Shown here one piece after another: positions 38,520-47,597 of a DNA stretch of 64,000 nt. Source of the stretch: Candidatus Aenigmatarchaeota archaeon (lineage in GTDB: Archaea; Aenigmatarchaeota; Aenigmatarchaeia; JACPZZ01); assembly GCA_043801595.1 (NCBI GenBank), contig JAZDLW010000028.1:1336-65335 (forward strand), read 5' to 3'. The first letter of the stretch is position 1; each line of letters opens with the position of its first letter. The translations under genes were made by a program, and so were the position numbers. Under the pieces are notes generated by a model. That model ran no database searches and was not told the DNA's origin. It saw only the letters and a list, made by a program, of their open reading frames with translations.

Positions 38520-39032
38520 ATGATAATCTGCATAACCGGAACCCCGGGAACGGGAAAAACGAAAGTCGCGAACGAAGTAGCCGGAATACTCCATAAAAAA
38601 TACGGGTTGAAATTCAAGATTCTGCATCTCAATGGGATTATTCTTAAGCAAAAGCTTTGGACGTCGATCGACAAAAAACGCAAATCAAAAAACGCGGATA
38701 TGGGTAGGCTTAATAAATTCGTTTCAAAATATGAAAAAGAAAACCCAAATGTCATAATCGAAAGCCACCTTGCCCATTACTTTGATGCTGATATTGTTTT
38801 CGTGCTGCAGACCGGAATAAAAGAACTCAAAAAAAGGCTGGAAAAAAGGGGGTGGAGCAAAGCAAAAATCGAGGAGAACCTCGATGCGGAGCGTGTCAAC
38901 GTAATTCTCGGCGAGTCGCTGGATATTCACGGAAAGAAATGCGTTGAAGTGAATACAACGAAAACGATTCCGAAAAGCGTCGCGAAAAGGCTGGCAAAAA
39001 CCGTGGTTTCACACCTGAAAAACGGCGAATAA
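38520..39032 (+). CDS. Adenylate kinase 6/Fap7-like kinase
   Basis: MIICITGTPGTGKT, IIESH, L.KRL.KRGW...KI.EN..AE. Confidence 0.9.
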   Translation: MIICITGTPGTGKTKVANEVAGILHKKYGLKFKILHLNGIILKQKLWTSIDKKRKSKNADMGRLNKFVSKYEKENPNVIIESHLAHYFDADIVFVLQTGIKELKKRLEKRGWSKAKIEENLDAERVNVILGESLDIHGKKCVEVNTTKTIPKSVAKRLAKTVVSHLKNGE

Positions 39033-39070
39033 CAAACCTTTATATTGCAGAAATTATTTTATCATTAACC

Positions 39071-39904
39071 ATGTTCGAGACAACAAGAACGGTCGTGCTA
39101 TTGGGAATATTGACAGGCTTGTTTTTAGCAGTCGGTTATTATCTCGGCGGAAGCGCGGGATTGACAACAGGTCTGGTTTTTTCGTTAGTTATGAATATTG
39201 TCGCATACTGGTATTCTGATAAAATAGTCCTGAGGATGTACAACGCGAAAGAGATCGCGAAAAACCAGAATCCAACTTTGCACCGCATAGTCGATGAGAT
39301 ATCACGGGACGCGCAGATTCCGAAGCCGAAACTTTACAGCGTTAACACGGATGCGCCGAACGCGTTTGCAACAGGGCGCGACCCGAAACACGGTTCGCTT
39401 GCGATAACAACGGGCCTCGAAAAAATTCTTGATGAAGACGAAATTAAGGGCGTGCTGGCGCATGAGATTGCACACATAAAGAACCGCGACACGTTGATAT
39501 CCACGATCGCAGCGACATTCGCGGGCGCGCTGGCGTTCGTTGCGCAGATGGCTTATTACGGCGCGCTTTTCGGAAACAACCGTGAAAATAAAAATCCCGT
39601 GGGAATGATTTTAATGATAATATTCGTTCCGTTGGCTGCGACGATAATACGCCTTGCGATTTCGCGCGGGCGCGAATTTGCCGCAGACCGGACTGGAGCC
39701 ACGTTAATACGCGATGCTGACGGGCTTGCAAGCGCGCTCGGGAAGATATCGAATGCTTCGGAACGTGTAAGGCTTAAAGGAAATCCGGCAACGTCGCACA
39801 TGTTCATAATAAATCCGTTTAAAGGGGACGCTCTGATAAATCTGCTTTCCACACACCCGAGCACTGAGGCGAGGATATCGGCGTTAAAAGCGATGAAGTT
39901 CTGA
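39071..39904 (+). CDS. htpX: Zinc metalloprotease HtpX
   Basis: PNAFATGR.P, GVLAHEIAH, SR.REF.AD, LLSTHP....RI. Confidence 0.95.
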   Translation: MFETTRTVVLLGILTGLFLAVGYYLGGSAGLTTGLVFSLVMNIVAYWYSDKIVLRMYNAKEIAKNQNPTLHRIVDEISRDAQIPKPKLYSVNTDAPNAFATGRDPKHGSLAITTGLEKILDEDEIKGVLAHEIAHIKNRDTLISTIAATFAGALAFVAQMAYYGALFGNNRENKNPVGMILMIIFVPLAATIIRLAISRGREFAADRTGATLIRDADGLASALGKISNASERVRLKGNPATSHMFIINPFKGDALINLLSTHPSTEARISALKAMKF

Positions 39905-39977
39905 TGCGTTGCTTAAAACGCTTGCAATACAATTCGCTTATATACTTAAACCCAAATAATTCGTTAGCGGTGTAAAA

Positions 39978-40154
39978 GTGGTCAAGAAGAAATTTCCCGA
40001 AATCGAGGCGAGGCTTTTCAGGAATATGTACATTTGCATGCGCTGCAATGCCAAAATGAGAACAAGCCTCAAAAAGGTAACGGCTGGCAAGGTGCAGTGC
40101 AGAAAGTGCGGTTACGCTTTTCTAAGGCTGAAAAATAAAGACATAAAGGTGTAG
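39978..40154 (+). CDS. rpl40e: 50S ribosomal protein L40e (58 aa, not in the ORF track)
   Basis: Hand translation MVKKKFPEIEARLFRNMYICMRCNAKMR...CRKCGYAFLRLKNKDIKV. Confidence 0.88.
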   Translation: MVKKKFPEIEARLFRNMYICMRCNAKMRTSLKKVTAGKVQCRKCGYAFLRLKNKDIKV

Positions 40155-40162
40155 GTTTTAAT

Positions 40163-41008
40163 ATGCCCGGGCTTGAGTTTCTAAGGCCTTTCAATTTCTT
40201 TTTTGCGATACTACTGGCAGTTGGCGGTTACTTTGTGGCAGGCGGGTCGCTTTCGATCGGGTACACGTTTGCAGGCGTGCTGCTGGCAGCGATGTTCATT
40301 ACCATAGCCGGCAACTACGTGAACAAGCTCACATCCGGCAATATTTACAAACTCGTCAAAAGCAGCTTTTCGGCAAAAAAGCGTAAAAATTACGACCTGC
40401 AGGCTGTTGTAATTGCGATCGTATTGTTTTTGACAGGTTTCATAAGCGCTTATTCGGTCGGAATCAACGCGGTTTCCGTGTACGTTCTCATACTGATCCT
40501 GACGCTTGTCTACATTTCGCGCGCAAAAGACATGCAGTTTTTTCGCAGTGTTATTATGGGAATCGCGTTTTCAATGTTCGTGATTCTTGGTGCAAGCGCC
40601 TATGCGCAAACCAATCTTATTTATGTGATGGCTGGTTTGCTGTTCTTTCCGATTGCCGCGCTTGACATGGTGAGAACAATGGATGTCGAAAACAGCGATA
40701 GAATGAGTTTTCTTGTAAAATTCATGGAGCATTTTTCGTCTTACATGAAATTCGGCGAGAAGGAAACGCATTCAGCCGCGGCTTTATTCCTTGCGATTTT
40801 CATACTTGGCAGCCCGTTTCCATACATATACGGGATGATGCCAATGAGCTATCTGGTTGTTGTAACGTTCAGCTCACTCGCAGCGTTTTTGGCCCTCTTC
40901 AGCCTTGTCAGGCGCGATAAAAATATCAAACCGGTCAAAACCGAGGATTTGATAAGGATAAATATAGTGCTGGCGATTATAGCATTTTTAGCAGGTGTGT
41001 TGGTATGA
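40163..41008 (+). CDS. UbiA-superfamily prenyltransferase-like membrane protein (DGGGP synthase-like), Asp-rich motifs altered
   Basis: LRP.N N-terminus, about 8 TM helices, AGNYVN where ND..D is expected, D.E.D motif. Confidence 0.6.
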   Translation: MPGLEFLRPFNFFFAILLAVGGYFVAGGSLSIGYTFAGVLLAAMFITIAGNYVNKLTSGNIYKLVKSSFSAKKRKNYDLQAVVIAIVLFLTGFISAYSVGINAVSVYVLILILTLVYISRAKDMQFFRSVIMGIAFSMFVILGASAYAQTNLIYVMAGLLFFPIAALDMVRTMDVENSDRMSFLVKFMEHFSSYMKFGEKETHSAAALFLAIFILGSPFPYIYGMMPMSYLVVVTFSSLAAFLALFSLVRRDKNIKPVKTEDLIRINIVLAIIAFLAGVLV

Positions 41009-41271
41009 GCAATGTACGCTATTTAACATCGCGCGAGCTGACAAACGACAAGGGCGAGATGACAGGTTCGATAAAAGTTTTAGTGCCGAAAGATACGAAC
41101 ACGGCAAAGGTAAAATATGTCTGCCCGATGTGTCTCAAGAGCGAAGAAACAACCGAAGAGTGGAAAAAACCGTTCTCAATAAAGTGCAAGTTCTGCGGTT
41201 ATACCATGAAGCTTCTGAAGCTTCTTGCGCAGTTTAAAAAGGAAAAGAAAGCTGCGCTTGCAAAAGTTTGA
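41005..41271 (+). CDS. Small Zn-ribbon protein
   Basis: CPMC...KCKFC; GTAT-GA style overlap with the upstream gene; basic C-terminus. Confidence 0.7.
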   Translation: MSNVRYLTSRELTNDKGEMTGSIKVLVPKDTNTAKVKYVCPMCLKSEETTEEWKKPFSIKCKFCGYTMKLLKLLAQFKKEKKAALAKV

Positions 41272-41274
41272 ATT

Positions 41275-42552
41275 CTATAGCAATGCTTTAGCGCCTATGT
41301 CTGTCCTGTATATCATGTCCTCGAAATATATCCCGTCATTTTCTTTTCCTATTGAAGTATATACGATGCTACGTGCATCTCGGATGTTATCAGCTTTTGC
41401 AGTAATGTTAAGTACGCGACCTCTTGTGTTTACGATCCTACCATCAGACAAATGCATTGTACCGGCATGATGGACGATTACGTCGCTCCTGTCCAGACCA
41501 AGTATTTCTTTGTTCAGATAATTTTTGTATTCGTCGCTTGGATAGCCTTTCGTTGCCAGCACGACAGTGACAGCGGATTCTGGCAACCATTTTGGTTTTA
41601 TATTGTTCAGCCTTTTTTCAACGATTCCGTAGCCTACGTCGAGAAGGCTCGATCGCATTAAAACCATCTGTGTTTGTGTTTCCGGATCGCCTCCGCGGCA
41701 GTTGTATTCCAGAACGTACGGCTTTCCGTCTACGATCATCAGGCCGACATATAATATTCCTTTATACAACCTTCCTTCCTGTGCCATTCCGCTTAGTGTA
41801 GGCGTGACTATATTCCGAATCACTGTTTGTTCCATTTCCGTTGTTATGACCGGAGTCCGTGCGCATGTGCCCATTCCGCCCGTGTTCGGGCCTTGGTCAT
41901 TATCGAAAACTTGCTTGTGGTCCTGCGTGTGCGGTAACGGAATAATGTATTCGCCGTCTGTGAAAACGATGAACGATGCTTCCTGTCCTCTTAGGAACCT
42001 TTGCATCAGAGCCTTACCCCCCTTTTTCGCAACCAGCTGGTTTATCGCGTCTTTCAATTCCGTTTTGCTGCGGTAAATCGCTACACCTTTGCCCGCTGCG
42101 AGGCCGTCGGCTTTTATTACGCCTGCTCCATCTGTCTTCAACAGGTAGTTACCAATGTCAATAGCCTGTACGGTAGTATCGGCTACAAGTGATTCCGGAT
42201 GCGGTATGTTGTATTTTTTCATAAAGTCATCGGAAAATATCTTGCTCCACTCCAACTCTGCCGCAGCCCGCGAAGGGCCGACAGTGTGCAGTCCTTCCCT
42301 TTCCAAGGAATCCACGAGCCCCAACGCGACAGGTTCATCTGGCCCGACAAATGTGATGTCTATGCTGTTCTCTTTTGCAAAAGATGTTAGTTCATGTATA
42401 TCTCTGGGTTGTATGTTTACGTTGTGCGCTATCTGCGCTGTGCCCGCATTTCCAGGCGCTACAAAAAGCTCGTCTTTTCCGTATAATTCCTGTTTCAACT
42501 TCCATGCAATCGCATGCTCGCGCCCGCCTTCCCCGACAACGAGAACTTTCAT
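41275..42552 (-). CDS. purD: Phosphoribosylamine--glycine ligase
   Basis: MKVLVVGEGGREHA, APGNAG, VIKADGLAAGKGV, DHK...D.D.GPNTGGMG, VLEYNCR.GDPE, GRVL. Confidence 0.96.
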   Translation of the reverse strand: MKVLVVGEGGREHAIAWKLKQELYGKDELFVAPGNAGTAQIAHNVNIQPRDIHELTSFAKENSIDITFVGPDEPVALGLVDSLEREGLHTVGPSRAAAELEWSKIFSDDFMKKYNIPHPESLVADTTVQAIDIGNYLLKTDGAGVIKADGLAAGKGVAIYRSKTELKDAINQLVAKKGGKALMQRFLRGQEASFIVFTDGEYIIPLPHTQDHKQVFDNDQGPNTGGMGTCARTPVITTEMEQTVIRNIVTPTLSGMAQEGRLYKGILYVGLMIVDGKPYVLEYNCRGGDPETQTQMVLMRSSLLDVGYGIVEKRLNNIKPKWLPESAVTVVLATKGYPSDEYKNYLNKEILGLDRSDVIVHHAGTMHLSDGRIVNTRGRVLNITAKADNIRDARSIVYTSIGKENDGIYFEDMIYRTDIGAKALL

Positions 42553-42652
42553 ACAATCATTTAACCGTTGGTTCGCAAGATTTAAGAGTTGAGTTTTATC
42601 GGAATATCATTAAGCTACTTGTTTAAAGGGAATTTTTTTCAAATCGATTCAT

Positions 42653-43327
42653 ATGAAATTTAGGTCTTTTCCTAAGTTAAACGAAGAATTGGCCGAATTG
42701 ATCGGAGCTTTTATTGGTGATGGCTTTATCGGAAAATATGACGGTCATTATCATGTTGAGTTTGCAGGAAATCAAGAGTTGGACAGATTGTATTTTCAAA
42801 AACTCTGTAAGATAATAAAAACCTATTTCGATGTAAAACCTAGGTTTAAAATTCATGAAGGAGCCTTGAGATTGATAATAACATACAAAGAATTACACGA
42901 TTTCTTCATAAGACTAGGTTTTAATGACGGATTAAAAAACGGCACCGTGTTTATACCTCAAAATTTGTATAAATCCAAATTATTAAAATTTGTGATTGTT
43001 GGCATGTTTGATACTGATGGTTATCTATACGTAGACAAAAGGTCTTTGTATAAGAAACCTTATGCCAGAATAGGATACACCACCAAAAGTAAGAAATTGT
43101 ACGGACAATTAGTAGAACTATTTTTTAATAGAGGCTACAGCCTTTATACAAGGGTAGATAAGCGTTCAGGAGCTTATAATTTAGAGATATATGGGCGTAA
43201 ACAGATATCTAGATGGCTTAAAGAGTTTGGTTTTTCAAATAAAAGAAAGAAAAACTACGCCTCAGTAGCTCAGTCGGTAGAGCGTTACACTGTTCCGGTT
43301 AAGATCCGTGCAGGACGAACTTGGTAA
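42653..43327 (+). CDS. Free-standing double-motif LAGLIDADG homing endonuclease, 3' end overlapping tRNA-Thr
   Basis: LAELIGAFIGDG and FVIVGMFDTDG motifs. Visibly AT-rich. The last 69 nt lie inside the tRNA gene, with the stop TAA in the anticodon loop. Confidence 0.88.
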   Translation: MKFRSFPKLNEELAELIGAFIGDGFIGKYDGHYHVEFAGNQELDRLYFQKLCKIIKTYFDVKPRFKIHEGALRLIITYKELHDFFIRLGFNDGLKNGTVFIPQNLYKSKLLKFVIVGMFDTDGYLYVDKRSLYKKPYARIGYTTKSKKLYGQLVELFFNRGYSLYTRVDKRSGAYNLEIYGRKQISRWLKEFGFSNKRKKNYASVAQSVERYTVPVKIRAGRTW

Positions 43328-43363
43328 GGTAAAGGTTCGCGAGTTCAATTCTCGCCTGAGGCT
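43259..43363 (+). tRNA. tRNA-Thr(GGT) with a 31-nt non-canonical intron at 30/31 (43289-43319)
   Basis: Acceptor GCCTCAG/CTGAGGC; D arm GCTC..GAGC; spliced anticodon arm TTACC-TTGGTAA-GGTAA; T arm GCGAG-TTCAATT-CTCGC. BHB central helix CGTT/GACG with bulges AC|A and AA|C. Confidence 0.9.
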
Positions 43364-43377
43364 ATAGATAAATATTT

Positions 43378-43929
43378 TTACCAGCTATGACTGTATTTTT
43401 CCAGCTGTTTTTTGATCCTTTCTGTTTTTTCCACGCCTGCATTGACGTGTTTTGAAACTGATTTCGAATTTATTCCTGTCTTGTCCAGTTCCATTTTAAC
43501 GTCCTTGATATCGTTTATCAGTCCATCCATCCAGCTTGGCTTTGGCAAGCGATCATGGTAAACCCTATTTTTAATACCTTTTTTTACCTCTCCAGCAGAT
43601 TCAACTTGGTTTCTTATAACCCCGTCTGCGTAATATTCAAGCTGCTGCCCGAAAGTGTCCTCAATCACACGTAAAGCTCTTTGGTAGTCCTTTTTCGCGT
43701 CATTTTTTGCGTTACCGGAAGACGCTGTTTTTTTGAAAGCCCTTTCAGCGGCTTTTTTCATTTTCATGTAATCAGAGCACAAAATACTCAACGAAGGCAG
43801 ATAGCATAACCTGCGATAGATCAGTTCCTCAACTTTCGATGCCGCCTTCTCGCTGGCATTGATTATTTTTTCGTATTCTGAACCGGGTCCCAAGTACACT
43901 TTAAAATTGGCAGTTCGGAGTTTTCGCAT
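43378..43929 (-). CDS. Hypothetical helical protein
   Basis: 183-aa ORF converging on tRNA-Thr; no recognised motif. Confidence 0.6.
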   Translation of the reverse strand: MRKLRTANFKVYLGPGSEYEKIINASEKAASKVEELIYRRLCYLPSLSILCSDYMKMKKAAERAFKKTASSGNAKNDAKKDYQRALRVIEDTFGQQLEYYADGVIRNQVESAGEVKKGIKNRVYHDRLPKPSWMDGLINDIKDVKMELDKTGINSKSVSKHVNAGVEKTERIKKQLEKYSHSW

Positions 43930-44106
43930 AATACAAGTACGTGTCAGAAGAATAAACCTTTTTTATCGAACTACCGCAGCTATATTTCCAATGCCTAAGG
44001 CTTTATTTGGTGTTGGGCATGTTTCGTATTTTCACGTGGTCTTATCCTATTTTGGCAGTCCGCGCTCATTAATCGGAATTTTAATAAGCCCGACGAAACA
44101 TATTAT

Positions 44107-44265
44107 ATGGCGACTTTTGCAGAGGCTGTAAGATTAATAAGAACCAGACGAATTCTGACGCAGATGGCGCATTCTACGGAATCAATGAAATACAGGCTTG
44201 AATTGTCAAAGAAAGTTTCTTCGCTGCCGATAGCGCTGCCGGCATGGCTTTTCACTGATGAATAG
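44107..44265 (+). CDS. Possible 52-aa small protein
   Basis: Hand translation MATFAEAVRLIRTRRILTQMAHSTESMKYRLELSKKVSSLPIALPAWLFTDE; fills an otherwise empty gap; no homology recognised. Confidence 0.3.
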   Translation: MATFAEAVRLIRTRRILTQMAHSTESMKYRLELSKKVSSLPIALPAWLFTDE

Positions 44266-44348
44266 CTAAAATCGCATTTTTAAGGTATGCAGGCGATTTT
44301 TTAGATTAGCGTAAATTGATGCGTACCCTTATACGCATTTTTTATAAC

Positions 44349-44473
44349 GGGATCGTGATGTAACCTGGTTTAGCATAGGAGCTTTGGGCAGCCCTTTTGT
44401 GCGCAAAAGCGCTGGCGGAAAACGCAAGGGCTAGAAAGAGCTTCATATGGGTGTTCAAATCACCCCGATCCCA
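44349..44473 (+). tRNA. tRNA-Pro(TGG) with a 50-nt intron at 37/38 (44389-44438)
   Basis: Acceptor GGGATCG/CGATCCC; D stem ATGT/GCAT; anticodon arm GGAGC-TTTGGG|A-GCTTC; T arm GGGTG-TTCAAAT-CACCC; intron stem AGCCCTT/AAGGGCT. Confidence 0.9.
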
Positions 44474-47023
44474 TCAGCCGATTATTTTGCGCTTGATAAG
44501 CTGCGCCTTGACGAATTGTGCAAGTCCCAGATATGTAATAATGAACAAAACAAGAATCGGGAAATAAACCATTGGCAGCTCGCCAAATCCGAAATATACG
44601 CGCAGCGGCGTGGCAACGACGATAAGCGCTATTGCAAGGATGAGCGACGTAAGCACCATAAACTTCCTGCTCGGCATACTCTGTACAAAAGGCAGCTTTT
44701 TTGTACGAATAACGTAAATCACAAGCGTCTGCGTCATAATGGATTCGATGAACCATCCGGCTTGAAATACGGCTGCTTGCACGCCAAGTACAAAGAAAAG
44801 CGTGAAAAATGTCAGGTAATCGTAGAGGCTGCTTACCGGCCCGATGTAGATCATGAAATTCTTCACATTGTTCAAATCCCATTTAGCGGGTTTTTCCAGT
44901 TCCTCTTCATCGACCTTGTCCGAAGGTATTCCAAGCTGGGACATGTCGTATAAAAAGTTGTTGAATATTATCTGAATCGGAGCCATGGGCAGGAACGGAA
45001 GGAAAATGCTCGCACCCAGGACGGAAAACATGTTTCCAAAGTTTGAGCTTGATCCCATCCTGAGATATTTCATGGTATTGGCAAACGTCCTTCTTCCCTC
45101 ATCAACGCCTTCGTAAAGCACATGCAAGCTTTTCCTGAGCAGTATTATGTCCGCAGATTCCTTTGCAACATCGACGCCCGAATCGACCGAAATGCCGACA
45201 TCGGATGTTTTGAGAGCCGGCGAATCGTTTATTCCGTCGCCCAAGAATCCTATGACATGCCTGTTGCGCTGCAGTGCAATTATTATGCGTTCTTTCTGCA
45301 TTGGCAGGACTCGCGCGAAAATCGTATTTTTCTCCACAAGCACGCCCAGCGATTCGTCGCTTGCAGTTTCGATTTCGTCGCCTGTGATAACCCCTTTGAT
45401 CGGAAGCCCGACTTCGTTTGCAATTTTGCGGTTTACAAGTTCGTTGTCACCTGACAGAATCTTGACTTCGATTCCACGCTTCATAAGTTCGGCTATGGAT
45501 TTTTTGGCAGTTTTTTTGGGCGGGTCGAGGAATGCAAGGAATCCCTGCAACACAAGATTGAATTCATCGGAAGCCGAGTATTTTTCCTTGGATCCGATGT
45601 CCTTGGACGCCAAAGCAAGCACGCGGAACCCGTCCGCACTGAGTTGTTCGTAAATTTTCATCGCATTTTTCAAATCCTTCTTGTCGAAAGAGTGTTCGAT
45701 TCCATGTGTTGCATGTTTTATGCACAGCGGAAGGATGCCCTCGGGCGCGCCTTTAGTAAGAATAAGTGTTTTGTCATTGTTGCGTACGACCACGCTCATC
45801 CGGCGGCGCATGAAATCGAACGGTATCTCATCAACCTTGGCGTAATTTTCAACACTTTTGCTGGCAATTTTGGCATCGTGATCAATGATGGCTTTGTCCA
45901 ACGGATTGCGCAAACCTGTTTGAAAAAAGCTGTTGACGAATGCGAGCTCCAACGTAACCTCGTCTTCATCCCCGTCTGCGTTTAGGTGCCGCACAAGTTC
46001 GATGCTATCCTCGGTGAGGGTTCCTGTCTTGTCAGTGCACAGCACGTCCATGGCGCCAAGGTTTTGGATCGAGGAGAGCCTCTTTATTATAACCTCTTTT
46101 TTTGCCATGTTATTTGCGCCTTGCGAGAGGTTTGCGGTGACTATCACAGGCAGCATTTCCGGAGTCAACCCGACAGCAACAGCAAGCGCGAACAGGAACG
46201 CTTCAATGATATTATGTTTCAATGTTGCGTTTATCGCGAATATGACAACCGCAAGCAAAGCGACAAACTTGAGCATCAATATGCTGTAATCGCGGATACC
46301 GCGGTCGAAAGCTGTTTCAGCGTTTGGCTGCGCAAGCCTGCGTGAAAGTTCACCGAACTGCGTGTTCATACCGGTTTTAATGACCAGTGCATAAACAGAA
46401 CCGCTCACAACGCTGCTGCCAAAGAATGCGGCATTCCCAAGCTCAACTATACCTGCGCTAGTCTTTGACGGTTTGCTTGATTTTTCCACAGGTAGCGATT
46501 CGCCTGTGAGCGATGCCTGATTAACGTAGAAGTCTTTGCACGATATTATGGCACAGTCGGCCGGAACCATGTCCCCTGCAACAAGATGAACAATGTCCCC
46601 TGGTATGAGCAATTTTATGGGGATCTTTTTTTCCTCGCCACCCCTGACAACCGTTGCATTCGATTTGACAATTTTTTGCAGCTTTTCAGCGGCGTCCTGG
46701 GCTGTGTATTCCTCGTAGAACGTCAGGCACACGCTTGCGGCTACCATTAAATATATGATGATGCCGCTTATTGCGCTACTGAGAAAATAGGAAAATGTTC
46801 CTATAATTATCAGAAAAATCACTAGCGGATTCAGGAAGTACGAAAGGAAACGGAAAACTATGTTTATCTTTTTTTTCTGCGCGGTTTCGTTGAACCCGTA
46901 TTGTGCTATGCGTTCGGACGCTTCTTTTTCAGTCAGGCCGTTTTTGGATGTATTGAAATCAATGTACAATTGTTCTGCTGGCAGAGACCATTCGCCGAAT
47001 TTGGCGTTTGCGCCAATCACCAT
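44474..47023 (-). CDS. mgtA: Mg2+-importing P-type IIIB ATPase
   Basis: TGES, AVGLTPEMLP, DVLCTDKTGTLT, PFDF.RRRMSV, GDGIND, ASSNFGN-like GSSSNFGNMFS, GWFIES. Confidence 0.95.
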   Translation of the reverse strand: MVIGANAKFGEWSLPAEQLYIDFNTSKNGLTEKEASERIAQYGFNETAQKKKINIVFRFLSYFLNPLVIFLIIIGTFSYFLSSAISGIIIYLMVAASVCLTFYEEYTAQDAAEKLQKIVKSNATVVRGGEEKKIPIKLLIPGDIVHLVAGDMVPADCAIISCKDFYVNQASLTGESLPVEKSSKPSKTSAGIVELGNAAFFGSSVVSGSVYALVIKTGMNTQFGELSRRLAQPNAETAFDRGIRDYSILMLKFVALLAVVIFAINATLKHNIIEAFLFALAVAVGLTPEMLPVIVTANLSQGANNMAKKEVIIKRLSSIQNLGAMDVLCTDKTGTLTEDSIELVRHLNADGDEDEVTLELAFVNSFFQTGLRNPLDKAIIDHDAKIASKSVENYAKVDEIPFDFMRRRMSVVVRNNDKTLILTKGAPEGILPLCIKHATHGIEHSFDKKDLKNAMKIYEQLSADGFRVLALASKDIGSKEKYSASDEFNLVLQGFLAFLDPPKKTAKKSIAELMKRGIEVKILSGDNELVNRKIANEVGLPIKGVITGDEIETASDESLGVLVEKNTIFARVLPMQKERIIIALQRNRHVIGFLGDGINDSPALKTSDVGISVDSGVDVAKESADIILLRKSLHVLYEGVDEGRRTFANTMKYLRMGSSSNFGNMFSVLGASIFLPFLPMAPIQIIFNNFLYDMSQLGIPSDKVDEEELEKPAKWDLNNVKNFMIYIGPVSSLYDYLTFFTLFFVLGVQAAVFQAGWFIESIMTQTLVIYVIRTKKLPFVQSMPSRKFMVLTSLILAIALIVVATPLRVYFGFGELPMVYFPILVLFIITYLGLAQFVKAQLIKRKIIG

Positions 47024-47174
47024 AACATTTTAGTCCGCTTAGCGCACCTATAAGGGTTGCGCATTTGGGCAGATAGCTTTAAAGGGGTTAAAGTAACAAA
47101 CAACTAAATTTATCTATTCTCCCCGATCCCGTATTTTATTTATAGCGTATGATACAATTAATTGACGTGGTTGT

Positions 47175-47567
47175 ATGACCGGTTATGTAACGAACATCGA
47201 GAAAGCGACGATGGAAAACGAATTTTTCAGGAAAGTGCTGTTCACAGCTAGGAATAGCCAGCTCGTTGTAATGACATTACAGCCGAGCGAAGATATCGGC
47301 ATGGAGACGCACCCGGAAAACGACCAGTTCATCAGGATCGAAGCGGGTGAAGGCAAAGCGATTCTTGACAACAAAGAGTATGAAATAAAAGAAAATTCAG
47401 CCATTGTGATTCCGGCTGGAACGAGGCACAACATAATCAATACATCAAAAAGCGAAAAGATGAAACTTTATACGGTTTACTCGCCGTCGAACCATCCTGT
47501 TGGAACAATCCATAAAACAAAGTCGGACGCGGATGCTGCAGAGGCTGCGGAACATGCGCACGCATGA
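47175..47567 (+). CDS. Cupin-domain protein
   Basis: E.IG.E.H...DQF.RIE.G and IPAGT.HN.IN...KLYT.Y.P cupin motifs. Confidence 0.88.
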   Translation: MTGYVTNIEKATMENEFFRKVLFTARNSQLVVMTLQPSEDIGMETHPENDQFIRIEAGEGKAILDNKEYEIKENSAIVIPAGTRHNIINTSKSEKMKLYTVYSPSNHPVGTIHKTKSDADAAEAAEHAHA

Positions 47568-47597
47568 AAGGCGTTTGACCCATTTTTATTCTTTCGT

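Noticed and set aside
42553-42652. LAGLIDADG ORF as cargo of a large tRNA or rRNA intron
   Set aside because: No RNA-gene 5' half lies upstream, and the tRNA-Thr is complete downstream, so the ORF is free-standing.
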